A DNA stretch of 64,000 nt from an uncultured bacterium (GCA_963822585.1 CAWGIE010000010.1:1-64000), one strand, 5' to 3'; counted from the first letter of the stretch, positions 9,089 to 19,063 are shown. Translations and numbers: made by a program. Notes: generated by a model from the letters alone, not told the origin.

Positions 9089-10858
9089 ATGTTTGCTACT
9101 TACCTGATCGTACTGGCATATTTTTGCATCATCGCCTATCTCGCCTGGAAAGGATACCAGGGAACGAAGACCGATCTCGATTACATGGTTGCCGGGCGTT
9201 CCGTTCATCCTTACGTGATGGCGATGAGTTACGGGGCCACCTTCATCAGCACCTCGGCCATCGTCGGCTTCGGGGGCGCCGCCGGTGTCTTCGGCATGGG
9301 TTTGCTCTGGCTCACCTTCCTCAACATCTTCGTCGGGATTTTCATCGCTTTTGTCGTCTTCGGGGGCAGGACCCGCCGGATGGGTCATCATCTCGACGCC
9401 CATACTTTTCCCGAGTTGATGGGCCTCCGGTTCAAGTCCCGGTTCATCCAGGGATTTTCCGGCCTGGTCATCTTCTTCTTCATGCCCCTCTATACCGCCG
9501 CGGTCCTGATCGGGGCGGCCATGTTTATCCAGGCGAAATTCGGTATTAATTATGAAGTTGCTCTCTTCGGCTTCTCCACCATCGTCGCCATCTACGTGAT
9601 CATGGGCGGCCTGAAAGGGGTCATGTTCACCGATGCATTTCAGGGCAGCATTATGCTGATCGGGATGATTTTTCTCCTGATCTTCACCTACGTTAAACTG
9701 GGAGGGGTGACGGAGTCGCATCGGCAGCTGACCGCGATGGCGCCGATCGCCACCAAGATATTCGGCAAGAACGGACACCAGGGGTGGACGGCGATGCCCG
9801 CCTTCGGCTCCACCTACTGGTGGATACTGGTCTCGACCGTCATTATGGGGGTCGGCATCGGGGTTCTCGCCATGCCCCAGCTGGCCGTCCGCTACATGAC
9901 GGTCCGGAGCAAGCGGGAGCTGAACCGGGCGGTCCTGGTCGGGGGGATCTTTGTCCTGGCCATGACCGGGGTTGCCTTTGTGGTCGGCTCTCTCTCCAAT
10001 GTCTATTTCAATAAGAACATCGATAATCTCGATTTCGCGATCGTGACCACCACCACGGTGGGGGAGGACGGGGTGCCGGTCTCCAAGGCCGCGCCGCCGG
10101 TTCTCAAGGAGCTGGCTCCGCAGCCCGATCCGGAGAAGGGGATAATGGTGGAAACCACCAAAAAGGGAACGATTGCCCTTTTTGCCGCCGGGATGGACGT
10201 GGCCAAGATTATCCCTCAGTATGTCCTCCATGCCACCCCTCACTGGTTCGGCCTCCTTTTCCTGCTCACGCTTCTGGCCGCCGCCATGTCCACCATCAGC
10301 TCGCAGTTTCACGCCATGGGGACCTCGATCGGCCGTGATTTTTATGAGAAGGGACTGCGGGGAGGGAAGCACACAACGAGTTCGACCGGAGTGACCCGGA
10401 TCGGGATAGTTTTGGCCATTCTCGTCAGTGTTTTTCTCGGCTACTGGCTGCAGAAAACCTACGGCAAGCAGGGGATGTCCATCATCGCCCGAGGGACGGC
10501 CATCTTCTTCGGACTCTGCGCATCCACTTTTCTTCCCATGTATTTCGGCGGCCTCTTTACCCGGAGGATCACCCGCGCCGGGGCGATCGCCGGGATGCTG
10601 GTCGGTTTCTGCACCAGTGTTTTCTGGCTGGGGTTCATCCTCAAGATCAAGGGGAAGATGCCGGCCCTGCTGGCGGAGGCCTTCTTCGGGAAGGTGTCGC
10701 TCCTCGACAACGCCAAAACCTGGAAGATCCTCTGGGACCAGGTCGATCCTCTCTTCGTCGCCTTCCCGCTGGCCGTCATCGTCACGATCGTCGTCTCGCT
10801 CCTGACCCGGCCGATGCCCACGGAACACGTCGATTACTGCTTCCGGGAGGAGAAATAA
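9089..10858 (+). CDS. Sodium:solute symporter (SSS) family protein
   Basis: DYMVAGR, SYGATFISTSAIVGFGG, GGLKGVMFTDAFQG, AAAMST; many TM segments. Confidence 0.93.
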   Translation: MFATYLIVLAYFCIIAYLAWKGYQGTKTDLDYMVAGRSVHPYVMAMSYGATFISTSAIVGFGGAAGVFGMGLLWLTFLNIFVGIFIAFVVFGGRTRRMGHHLDAHTFPELMGLRFKSRFIQGFSGLVIFFFMPLYTAAVLIGAAMFIQAKFGINYEVALFGFSTIVAIYVIMGGLKGVMFTDAFQGSIMLIGMIFLLIFTYVKLGGVTESHRQLTAMAPIATKIFGKNGHQGWTAMPAFGSTYWWILVSTVIMGVGIGVLAMPQLAVRYMTVRSKRELNRAVLVGGIFVLAMTGVAFVVGSLSNVYFNKNIDNLDFAIVTTTTVGEDGVPVSKAAPPVLKELAPQPDPEKGIMVETTKKGTIALFAAGMDVAKIIPQYVLHATPHWFGLLFLLTLLAAAMSTISSQFHAMGTSIGRDFYEKGLRGGKHTTSSTGVTRIGIVLAILVSVFLGYWLQKTYGKQGMSIIARGTAIFFGLCASTFLPMYFGGLFTRRITRAGAIAGMLVGFCTSVFWLGFILKIKGKMPALLAEAFFGKVSLLDNAKTWKILWDQVDPLFVAFPLAVIVTIVVSLLTRPMPTEHVDYCFREEK

Positions 10859-10941
10859 CCGGTACAAGCTCTATGCACGCCCTCCCCGGAGGGGGGCGTC
10901 ATTTCTGGTATAGATGCAATCAGCGCAACAAGGAGGTTGAG

Positions 10942-12273
10942 ATGAAGAAGAGGAGTATCTTGATTCTGACGGTGCTGGCGTTTGCCGCCACCCCGCTTTA
11001 CGCGGGGTTTTTGGAGACGGACGTGATCAAGTCGGACTGGTTCAGCATGGGGGGGGACATCAGGGCCCGGGAAGAAGGGTTCAACAACATCATCACCTGG
11101 AATTCCGATAACGACAGCGATCAGCAGAACTATTTCCGGCTCCGGAGTCGGCTTTTTTTCCAGGCGGTGCCGGACGAGCGAATCACGGCCTATACCCGGT
11201 TCACCAACGAATGGCGCTACTACGCCAAGCCGGAAAACCGCGTCCACCCTCTCCGTGACGAGATCATTCTCGACAATGCCTACCTGAACCTGAAGGGGTT
11301 TGAGGATGTTCCCCTGTCCCTCAAGGTCGGCCGTCAGGATATCATCTACGGTGAGGGGTTCATCCTTCTGGAAGGGACGCCGCTGGACGGCTCCCGGACC
11401 ATTTTCTCCGACGGCGGGAAGCTGACGCTGGACCTGGATCAGACCAAGGTCGACTTCCTGGCCATCTGGAACACCGGCAAGCAGTGGTTCGCCATCAACA
11501 AGAACGAAGATGCTCTCGGGGCGGGCGACCCCCCCGGGCGGCTGGACAGCCAGACGATCGGTGTTTTCGGCGCCTACCTGACCAACCAGAGCCTGATCGA
11601 GAAGCAGAAGCTCGAGGGCTATTATCTCCTGAAAAGAGGGCTGACCAGCGAAACCGATCCGATGAAGTGGCCGGACAACACGGTCAACGTGATCGGGGGA
11701 CGCCTCTCCGGACCGGCCAACGACCAGATCACCTACGCCGGCGAGATGGCCCTGCAGTTGGGTGAATACGGCGGACACTCGATGACCGCCTTCGGCGGCT
11801 ACGCGCACGGCACCTACACGCTGACCGATCTCTGCATGAAGCCGAATCTGACCCTGGAGTACGTGTACCTCTCCGGCGACAACCCGAACGATCAGCATTA
11901 CGGCGGCTGGGACCCGATCCTGGCCCGCTGGCCCAAGTGGAGCGAGCTTTACATCTACTCGCAGGTCCCCGAGAAGGACGTCGCCTACTGGACCAACATG
12001 CAGATCTACCGGGCCAAATTCTCCCTCAGCCCCATGGAAAAGATGACCTTCGATCTGGTCTACCAGTACCTGCGGGCCAACGAATCCGGCTCGGGAACCG
12101 GCGTCTTCGGGACCGGCAAGGACCGGGGCCAGAACCCCCAGGCCATCCTCAAGTACCAATTCAACGACTGGCTGGACGCCCATCTCTGGGGGGAATATTT
12201 CATGCCCGGGAACTTCTACTCCGGGGATGACAACGGCTTCTTCCTCCGCTGGCAGGTCATGGCCAAGTTCTAA
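10942..12273 (+). CDS. Outer-membrane beta-barrel, alginate-export-like family
   Basis: signal peptide after AAGGAGG; LKVGRQDIIYGEGFI, YLSGD, C-terminal aromatic residue (WQVMAKF). Confidence 0.75.
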   Translation: MKKRSILILTVLAFAATPLYAGFLETDVIKSDWFSMGGDIRAREEGFNNIITWNSDNDSDQQNYFRLRSRLFFQAVPDERITAYTRFTNEWRYYAKPENRVHPLRDEIILDNAYLNLKGFEDVPLSLKVGRQDIIYGEGFILLEGTPLDGSRTIFSDGGKLTLDLDQTKVDFLAIWNTGKQWFAINKNEDALGAGDPPGRLDSQTIGVFGAYLTNQSLIEKQKLEGYYLLKRGLTSETDPMKWPDNTVNVIGGRLSGPANDQITYAGEMALQLGEYGGHSMTAFGGYAHGTYTLTDLCMKPNLTLEYVYLSGDNPNDQHYGGWDPILARWPKWSELYIYSQVPEKDVAYWTNMQIYRAKFSLSPMEKMTFDLVYQYLRANESGSGTGVFGTGKDRGQNPQAILKYQFNDWLDAHLWGEYFMPGNFYSGDDNGFFLRWQVMAKF

Positions 12274-12284
12274 CCGGTTATAAA

Positions 12285-12381
12285 ACCACGAAGGACACGA
12301 AGGGCACGAAGAGTACTGAGATCGGTATATAATGACCGGAAGGTCGGGTAGTCTCCGATACCTCTTCGTGCCCTTCGTGGT
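12285..12381. repeat. Family B inverted 9-mer array
   Basis: accacgaaggacacgaagggcacgaag ... cttcgtgcccttcgtggt. Confidence 0.9.
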
Positions 12382-12401
12382 TGCATAAAGGAGTAAGAGT
12401 A

Positions 12402-13319
12402 ATGAGAAAGACAGTGATACTTACCGCGATTATAGTGCTGATGGGTTTACCGGCGCAGATTTTCGCGGGGGATTCATCGGCTATCCTGGGAACCGAGGAC
12501 TTTTTTGCCGGCGCCTTCCCGCCCCCCGGATTCCATTACATCAACTATCTGGCTTACTACTACGCGGATGAACTGAAAGACAACAACGGGGATAAGTTAC
12601 CGGGGGATTTCAAGGCCAATGTGGCGGCGGAAGTGCTCCGGGGAATTTACGTCTCCGATATCCAGATTCTGGGTGCGAACCTGGGGTGGCACGTGGTGGT
12701 GCCGCTGGTCTATAAGGACATGAAGTATGAAATCGGGGGATTCAAGATGTTCGACGAGTCCCGGGCCAGCCTGGGCGATATCTATATCTCGCCCTTCCTG
12801 CTCGGCTGGCACTCGGAGCTTCTCCACTGCGTGGCCGGACTCGATATCATCACCCCCACCGGGCAGTACAACAAGGATTACGCGGTCAATATCGGTTCCA
12901 ACCACTGGACCTTCGAGCCGGCGGTAGCCGTGAGCGTTATCTGCCCGTCCGGTTTCTCGGCCAGCGTCAAGCTGATGTACGACTTTCACACCAAAAACAC
13001 CGACTACATGACCATGGGCGGACAGACGGAGGATTACCTGACCGGCCAGCAGTTCCACATGGACTACAACGTCGGCTACGCGATCGTTCCTAACTTCCGG
13101 CTCGGCGTCTGCGGGTATTATCTGAAAGGTCTCCAGGACGACGAGCAGGACGGGAACAATGTCCCCGACTCGAAACAGCAGGTCCTGGCGATCGGTCCCT
13201 CGGCCATGTACAGCGTGAACCAGCAACTCCACCTGGTGGCCAAGGTCCAGTTCGAGACCCTCTCCGAGAACCGGCCCGAGGGGACCATGAGCTGGCTGAA
13301 GCTGATCTACAGTTTTTAA
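12402..13319 (+). CDS. Outer-membrane channel, SphA/phenol meta-pathway (COG4313)-like
   Basis: signal peptide; GAFPPPG, LGDIYISPFLLGWH, PTGQY, NIGSNHWT, IGP, NRPEG, C-terminal YSF. Confidence 0.8.
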   Translation: MRKTVILTAIIVLMGLPAQIFAGDSSAILGTEDFFAGAFPPPGFHYINYLAYYYADELKDNNGDKLPGDFKANVAAEVLRGIYVSDIQILGANLGWHVVVPLVYKDMKYEIGGFKMFDESRASLGDIYISPFLLGWHSELLHCVAGLDIITPTGQYNKDYAVNIGSNHWTFEPAVAVSVICPSGFSASVKLMYDFHTKNTDYMTMGGQTEDYLTGQQFHMDYNVGYAIVPNFRLGVCGYYLKGLQDDEQDGNNVPDSKQQVLAIGPSAMYSVNQQLHLVAKVQFETLSENRPEGTMSWLKLIYSF

Positions 13320-13346
13320 AAACAGCGGCTTTGCCGCTGTTTTTAA
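13316..13346. terminator. 14-bp perfect hairpin overlapping the stop codon; probable intrinsic terminator
   Basis: ttaaaaacagcggc ttt gccgctgtttttaa. Confidence 0.65.
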
Positions 13347-13466
13347 GCGAGGACATCCAATTGTGTTCAACAAATGCTGAGCTCAATGAATCACGATTAA
13401 ACGGCAATCTCAATGTGTTGTGTAAAACTTCGGCGGACGGATAATCCTTTCGCTGAAGGGTTCAAA

Positions 13467-13504
13467 GGGAGGCCCCCCGCTAAGATCGGGGGGCTTCTCT
13501 GTTT
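13467..13504 (+). terminator. Second terminator-like hairpin
   Basis: gggaggcccccc...ggggggcttctc followed by tgttt. Confidence 0.45.
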
Positions 13505-13693
13505 ATGGGCCCGGCAGTGCGCACCCGCTTGCGGGCGAGAGTCTTGTGCGGTCCCGACGGAGGGAACTGTTAGACGGACGGCAAAGCGGAATGACTCCGA
13601 TCCGATGAAGAGTGTTGTTATAATTTTTATTGACCTTGAACGGGGTAAAGGCGTATAAGCGGAACCTCAAACATAAGCCTAAGGAGGTTGTTA

Positions 13694-14704
13694 ATGATTA
13701 CCCGCAGAATGAAGGGAAAAGATTTTATCAGTTTAATGGATTACAGCAGGGAGGAGCTGGAGAGCATCCTGGCGGTGGCCGCGCTCTTAAAGACGCAGAA
13801 CGCCATCGGTCAGCCCCATGAGCTGTTAAAGGGGAAGGCCCTGGGGATGCTCTTCGCGTCGCCTTCCACCCGGACCCGCCTTTCTTTTTCCACCGGCATT
13901 GCCCAGCTGGGCGGTGTCGGCCAGGTATATAACCCGGATGAATTGCAATTAAAAAACAAGGAAAGCTGGAAGGACACCGGAGAGATGATCTCCCGCTTTC
14001 TGGACGGCTTCGCCATCCGGCTCTATAACCTGAAAACCCAGATGGGCGCCGAGACCTACGAGTACGGAGACGCCCGCGCCGTGTTGCGGGGCCTGGCGGA
14101 GACCGCCCGCATCCCGGTCATCAATATGCTGGACGACAAGGAACACCCCTGCCAGATCATGGGGGATATCCAGACCATGATCGAGAAATTCGGCGCTGAC
14201 TACAAGAAGAAGAAAGTGGTGATGGGATGGGCTTATGATGATCGGGCCAAGTCGGCCGGCGTCCCGCAGACGATGGTGGTGGCCGGGGGGATCCTGGGCA
14301 TGAATATCACGCTCGCCTACCCCCCGGAGGAAGGGTGCTACGACATCGATCCCGAATACCTGGAGTTCGCCCAGAATGCCGCGCAGGCTTCGGGAGGATC
14401 GATAACGGTGGAGAATGACATCTGGAAGGCGGCCGAGGGGGCCGATGTGATCTATTGCAAGAGCTGGGCTCGCAAACCCGATGTTCACGCGGAGAAGGGG
14501 CCGAAGTACGCCGAGGACTGGTGTATCTCCCACAAGCATTTCGAGAGGGCCAACCCGCAGGCGGTATATATGCACTGCCTTCCGGCCAAGCGGAACAAGG
14601 AGGTCACGGACGCCCTGATCGACGACCCGGCGATTTCCATCGTCAACGACGAGGCGGAAAACCGCCTCCATGCCCAGAAGGCCATTATGGCGTTGACCAT
14701 GTAG
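13694..14704 (+). CDS. Transcarbamylase of the YgeW/ArgF' type, substrate uncertain
   Basis: STRT, HPCQ, HCLP and AENR present; WAY...VPQ and DVIYCKSW in place of the OTCase DxxxSMG motif. Confidence 0.85.
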   Translation: MITRRMKGKDFISLMDYSREELESILAVAALLKTQNAIGQPHELLKGKALGMLFASPSTRTRLSFSTGIAQLGGVGQVYNPDELQLKNKESWKDTGEMISRFLDGFAIRLYNLKTQMGAETYEYGDARAVLRGLAETARIPVINMLDDKEHPCQIMGDIQTMIEKFGADYKKKKVVMGWAYDDRAKSAGVPQTMVVAGGILGMNITLAYPPEEGCYDIDPEYLEFAQNAAQASGGSITVENDIWKAAEGADVIYCKSWARKPDVHAEKGPKYAEDWCISHKHFERANPQAVYMHCLPAKRNKEVTDALIDDPAISIVNDEAENRLHAQKAIMALTM

Positions 14705-14738
14705 TATTCGTCGGTCCTGATCATGCGGATTCAAAAGG

Positions 14739-14775
14739 GAGGCCGGAGTCCTTTGCGGACTCCGGCCTCTTTTTT
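14739..14775 (+). terminator. Intrinsic terminator
   Basis: gaggccggagtcc tttgc ggactccggcctc then tttttt. Confidence 0.85.
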
Positions 14776-14841
14776 ATTGCATGCGTGGTTGTTTTATTCC
14801 GGGAAAAGGATATACTATAATTTTTCCGGAGGAAAAATCAT

Positions 14842-15786
14842 ATGAAGGAAAGAGCGCTGGTAACGGGCGGGGCTGGGTTTCTCGGTTCCCATCTCTGCGA
14901 ATTTCTCCTCGAGCGGGATCTTCAGGTAGTCTGCATGGATAACCTGATCACCGGTTCGGTCCAGAATATCGAACACCTGGCGGGGATCGAGGATTTCACG
15001 TTCATCAAGCAGGATGTCACCGAGTATATCTGCCTGCCCGGGCCGCTGGATTTCATATTCCATTTCGCCTCCCCCGCCAGCCCCATCGATTATCTGGAAC
15101 TGCCCATCCAGACACTCAAGGTCGGTTCTCTGGGGACCCATAAGACGCTGGGGCTGGCCAAGGCCAAAGGAGCCACCTTTCTTTTGGCCTCGACGTCCGA
15201 GGTCTACGGGGATCCTCTCATCCATCCCCAGAAGGAAGATTACTGGGGGAATGTCAACCCGATCGGTCCTCGGGGCGTGTATGACGAAGCCAAACGGTTT
15301 GCCGAGGCCCTGACCATGGCCTATCATCGGTATCACGGGGTCGATACCAGGATCGTCCGGATATTCAATACGTACGGCCCCCGGATGAGGGCCCATGACG
15401 GGCGCGTGGTCCCGGCGTTCATCTGCCAGGCGCTGGCCGGGGAGCCCCTGACCGTCTTCGGAGACGGTTCCCAGACCCGGAGCTTCTGCTACGTGGCCGA
15501 TCTGATCGACGGCATCTTCCGCCTGGCCACGTCTTCGGAGACCGAGCCGGTCAATATCGGCAACCCCCGCGAGATGACGGTCGGCCAGTTCGCCGAACTG
15601 ATTATCCGACTCACCGGCAGCTCCAGCCGGATCGAGTATCGCCCGCTCCCGGTGGACGACCCCAAGATTCGGCAGCCGAATATAGCCAAGGCGAAGAAAA
15701 TCCTGGGCTGGGAACCCCAGGTGGAACTTGAGGACGGCCTCAAGCTGACGATCGATTTTTTCCGGGATAAAATTTTTACTTCGTAA
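14842..15786 (+). CDS. UDP-glucuronate decarboxylase (UDP-xylose synthase-like SDR)
   Basis: [47 protein letters not shown]. Confidence 0.9.
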   Translation: MKERALVTGGAGFLGSHLCEFLLERDLQVVCMDNLITGSVQNIEHLAGIEDFTFIKQDVTEYICLPGPLDFIFHFASPASPIDYLELPIQTLKVGSLGTHKTLGLAKAKGATFLLASTSEVYGDPLIHPQKEDYWGNVNPIGPRGVYDEAKRFAEALTMAYHRYHGVDTRIVRIFNTYGPRMRAHDGRVVPAFICQALAGEPLTVFGDGSQTRSFCYVADLIDGIFRLATSSETEPVNIGNPREMTVGQFAELIIRLTGSSSRIEYRPLPVDDPKIRQPNIAKAKKILGWEPQVELEDGLKLTIDFFRDKIFTS

Positions 15787-15836
15787 AAATTCACTGAATT
15801 AGCGCCCCCGGCGCTAATTTAAAGAGGAGGATTCTC

Positions 15837-17228
15837 ATGCTTTTGTTCCGAAGATATTTGTTGCTTCTGGTTATGTTGTCGGTCTGTTCCGGACCGGTTC
15901 GTTTAATCGCCGCCGAAGAAGGCGGGACCACTCCTCCCGAGAAGGTGGAGGAGGCTCCGGTCAGGAGTGTGTATGAAAATCTCGATCTCTTTACCCGGGT
16001 GATGGAGATAGTGAACCAGAAATACGTGGAGAAAGTGGACCGGCAGAAGCTCATTTACGGAGCGCTCCAGGGGATGATGAAGTCCCTGGACGATTACAGC
16101 CAGTTCATGGAACCCGATGTCTACAAGGAGATGCAGGTCGAGACCAAGGGCGAGTTCGGGGGCGTGGGAATAGAGATTACTCTCCGCGACGGCATCCTCA
16201 CCGTCATCACCCCGATCGAGGATACCCCGGCCAGCCGGGCCGGCCTCCACCCGGGAGATAAAATCATCAAGATCGAAGGGGAGACCACCAAGGACATCAC
16301 CTTGCTGGACGCGGTGAAGAAGCTCCGGGGGAAACCCGGGACGACGGTCGATATCACCGTCATGCGCACGGGCGAAAAGGAATTTCTCGATTTCACTCTC
16401 GAGCGCGCGATCATCAAGATCGACAGCGTCAAGGAAGCCCGGATGCTTGACGACAAGATCGGATATATCCGCCTGGCCCAGTTCCAGGAAAACACGATAG
16501 ATGAGTTCAATCAAGCCCTGGAGAAATTGAAGGGTGAGGAGATGAAGGCGCTGGTGCTTGATCTGCGCTGGAATCCAGGCGGTCTTCTGACCGCGGCCAT
16601 CGGCGTCTCCGATCGGTTCCTGAAAGAGGGACAGCTCATTGTCGAGACCCGGGGGAGGGACGAAGAGGTGGAGATGGAAGCCCGTGCCACCGGCCGCGAT
16701 ACCTTTCCGGATATCCCGATGGCGATCTTGATCAACGAGGGCAGCGCCAGCGGCTCGGAGATCGTTGCCGGAGCACTGCGGGATAATTACCGGGCCGTTC
16801 TGGTCGGCAACACTTCTTTTGGCAAGGGGTCGGTACAGAGTGTTCTCCCTCTTCCCGATGATGCCGGCCTCCGCCTGACCACGGGGCGGTATTATACGGC
16901 CTCCCATCGGGCCATTCAGGATCACGGAATCGAGCCCGATGTCGTCGTGGAGATGACGCTGGAGGAGAAGAAGGATTTCTTCAAGAAGAAATACGAGGCG
17001 CTGGAGGAGATCGAGAAGCAGGAAAAAGGACCGGAGAAGGGAGAGGCGCTGGAGCAGGAAGAGGAACTGGAAGAGGGAAACGATCTCCCGGAAGAGTTCG
17101 AAAGCAAACCCGCCGCCGAGGAGGGGAAAAAGGAATCCCTGGATCCCCAATTGAGCATCGCCGTGGACATATTGAAGGGGATACTCATCCAGGAGCAGTT
17201 TAACGAGGAAACCGCGGTGGAGAGTTGA
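15837..17228 (+). CDS. ctpA: C-terminal processing peptidase, S41 family (PDZ + protease)
   Basis: GEFGGVG, LDLRWNPGG, SASGSEIVAGALRD, FGKGSVQ. Confidence 0.92.
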   Translation: MLLFRRYLLLLVMLSVCSGPVRLIAAEEGGTTPPEKVEEAPVRSVYENLDLFTRVMEIVNQKYVEKVDRQKLIYGALQGMMKSLDDYSQFMEPDVYKEMQVETKGEFGGVGIEITLRDGILTVITPIEDTPASRAGLHPGDKIIKIEGETTKDITLLDAVKKLRGKPGTTVDITVMRTGEKEFLDFTLERAIIKIDSVKEARMLDDKIGYIRLAQFQENTIDEFNQALEKLKGEEMKALVLDLRWNPGGLLTAAIGVSDRFLKEGQLIVETRGRDEEVEMEARATGRDTFPDIPMAILINEGSASGSEIVAGALRDNYRAVLVGNTSFGKGSVQSVLPLPDDAGLRLTTGRYYTASHRAIQDHGIEPDVVVEMTLEEKKDFFKKKYEALEEIEKQEKGPEKGEALEQEEELEEGNDLPEEFESKPAAEEGKKESLDPQLSIAVDILKGILIQEQFNEETAVES

Positions 17229-17281
17229 TTCTCTTTTTTCCCTTTCGGAAAAACAAGATTGTTGAAATTCACGTTGATCGG

Positions 17282-17426
17282 TGAACGGTTGCGCAGCTCG
17301 AAACGTTGAACGGTGTACGGTTGCGTGCGGCTTGTCCCCTCAACCCTATCCCCGCAATTGATTCGAGCCGCGCGATCGCAACCTTTTACCCCGAACGTTG
17401 ACCGGAGCGAAGCGACGGGCTACGTT
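17282..17426. repeat. About 145-bp structured dispersed element (copy 1)
   Basis: tgaacggttgcgcagctcgaaacgttg...gcaacctttta...gggctacgtt; second copy at 39166-39307. Confidence 0.85.
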
Positions 17427-17442
17427 CTATGATAGGCAAAGA

Positions 17443-18543
17443 ATGCCCGGTCGCCTGAACAATGGATATATTCTTCTCATTCTTCTGATTTCTGGCCTGG
17501 GGGCCGGGTGTGCCTCCGTGCCGCCGACCGGCCCGGTGGCCTTCACTCCGCCGCCGATTTCCCCGGAAGTATTATTCTGCGACCGGCTGGATGCCGTCCT
17601 CTCGGATGTGCTGGACGGTTTTATCCCCCCCCGGGAAGAATGGCCCCCCCGGGAGGAGGTTTCCCCGGCCCCTCCGGGGTCGCTCATCATTACCCGGACG
17701 CTGCCCCTTTCCTCTCTCGCCTATTATCCCCGCCTCCGCCCCCGGCTGGAGGCCGCCCTGGCAATGGCCGAATTTACCGGGTTCGAGATCAGCCGGTATC
17801 CTTCTCCCGGAGGGGAGGGGTGGGAAGTGTCAGCCACGACGGAAGGCCCTCTGACCTGCCGGGTTGAGTTGGTGGGGGAGATTGCCGGCCGGATCGCCAT
17901 CATTATCGATGACTGTGGCAACTCGCTGAAGAACCGGGACCTGCTCTTCACCCTCGACTATCCCCTGACGATCGCCGTCCTCCCCCGGCTGGCGTATTCC
18001 GAGACGGTCGATCGCCTGGGGGCCGAACATGACTTTGAGGTGATACTCCATTGCCCCCTGGAGGCGATGAATCCGGACCTCCCCCTGGGGCCGGGCAGCA
18101 TCGACCGCGGGCTGGCGCCCGACGAGATGGGCCGTATTTTCGATGAGGATGTCCGGACCGTTCCCCATGCCGTCGGGGTGAACAACCACATGGGATCGGC
18201 GTTCACCACCGAGACGGAATCCATGCGGTCCCTGATGGAGAAGGTGAAGGAAAAAGGGTTCTTCTTTGTCGACAGCCTGACCGTGGGAAATACCGTAACC
18301 CGGGAGACGGCGGAAGCCGCCGGCGTGGAACACGCCTCCCGGGACGTCTTTCTGGATCATAAGATGAACGAGGAGTTCATCACCCGCCAGTTCGCCCTGC
18401 TGAAGAAAAAAGCGCTGAAACGGGGGACCGCGATCGCGATCGGTCATGACCGCCCGCTTACCCTGGAGATCTTGAGCCGCGAGATCCCGACCCTGGCCGC
18501 GGACAACCTTCAGCTGGTCCCGGTCTCCGACCTGGTCCGGTGA
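17443..18543 (+). CDS. Divergent polysaccharide deacetylase (YibQ/DUF610-like), probable lipoprotein
   Basis: AIIIDDCG, GVNNHMGS, FFVDSLT, RDVFLD, AIAIGH; lipobox-like GAGC; follows ctpA; start uncertain. Confidence 0.85.
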   Translation: MPGRLNNGYILLILLISGLGAGCASVPPTGPVAFTPPPISPEVLFCDRLDAVLSDVLDGFIPPREEWPPREEVSPAPPGSLIITRTLPLSSLAYYPRLRPRLEAALAMAEFTGFEISRYPSPGGEGWEVSATTEGPLTCRVELVGEIAGRIAIIIDDCGNSLKNRDLLFTLDYPLTIAVLPRLAYSETVDRLGAEHDFEVILHCPLEAMNPDLPLGPGSIDRGLAPDEMGRIFDEDVRTVPHAVGVNNHMGSAFTTETESMRSLMEKVKEKGFFFVDSLTVGNTVTRETAEAAGVEHASRDVFLDHKMNEEFITRQFALLKKKALKRGTAIAIGHDRPLTLEILSREIPTLAADNLQLVPVSDLVR

Positions 18544-18553
18544 GGAAAAGCGG

Positions 18554-19063
18554 TCAGAAATTATCCCGCGCCGGAATCGCCTCCCGCCATTCGGGTCCGC
18601 CGAACCGTTGGTCGAAATCGATCAGCTTCCGCTGGTGTTCCTGAAGCTCGTCCAGGACGGCGTTCACCTCTTCCCGGTCGGTGATGAACTTCTGGGCGAT
18701 CATTCTGAAGAGGGGAACGACTTCGGTGAATTCAAGGGCATGGGAAAATTCGAACGCTTCATCCAGGTTTTTTATCCCCTCGGCCGGATTTTTCTTCAAA
18801 AAGAGCCGGGTTTGGTCCATTTTCCGGGCCAGGTCGCGCCCGGCCGGGCGCGAGCACTGTTCGGGGGAGAGTTTCCTGATTACCGCCGTGAGAGTTTCAG
18901 CATGCTTTTTCTCGTCCCGGGACAGTGCGAGCCAGAACGCGGCCACCTCGGGCAGCCGGGAGAAAAAACGGGCGAAGCAGAGATAGGCCAGCTGCCCATC
19001 CTTTTCAATCCGGATGGCTGCTTTCAAAAGCCTCCGGTTGGTCCATTCGGTCATCTTTCTCAT
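18554..19063 (-). CDS. Ferritin/rubrerythrin-like protein
   Basis: AIRIEKDG, DEKKH and EH carboxylate/His spacing; start MRKMTEW overlaps the upstream gene stop. Confidence 0.65.
   Translation of the reverse strand: MRKMTEWTNRRLLKAAIRIEKDGQLAYLCFARFFSRLPEVAAFWLALSRDEKKHAETLTAVIRKLSPEQCSRPAGRDLARKMDQTRLFLKKNPAEGIKNLDEAFEFSHALEFTEVVPLFRMIAQKFITDREEVNAVLDELQEHQRKLIDFDQRFGGPEWREAIPARDNF

Noticed and set aside
8972..10867. Long antisense ORFs (8972..10867, 31591..33618, 39328..40623, 49535..50890 and similar)
   Set aside because: Shadow frames of well-supported genes, expected from GC-rich codon usage; no recognisable motifs.
13348..13690. Riboswitch upstream of the transcarbamylase
   Set aside because: No recognisable guanidine, purine, c-di-GMP or T-box consensus by eye; an Rfam scan is needed to exclude it fully.
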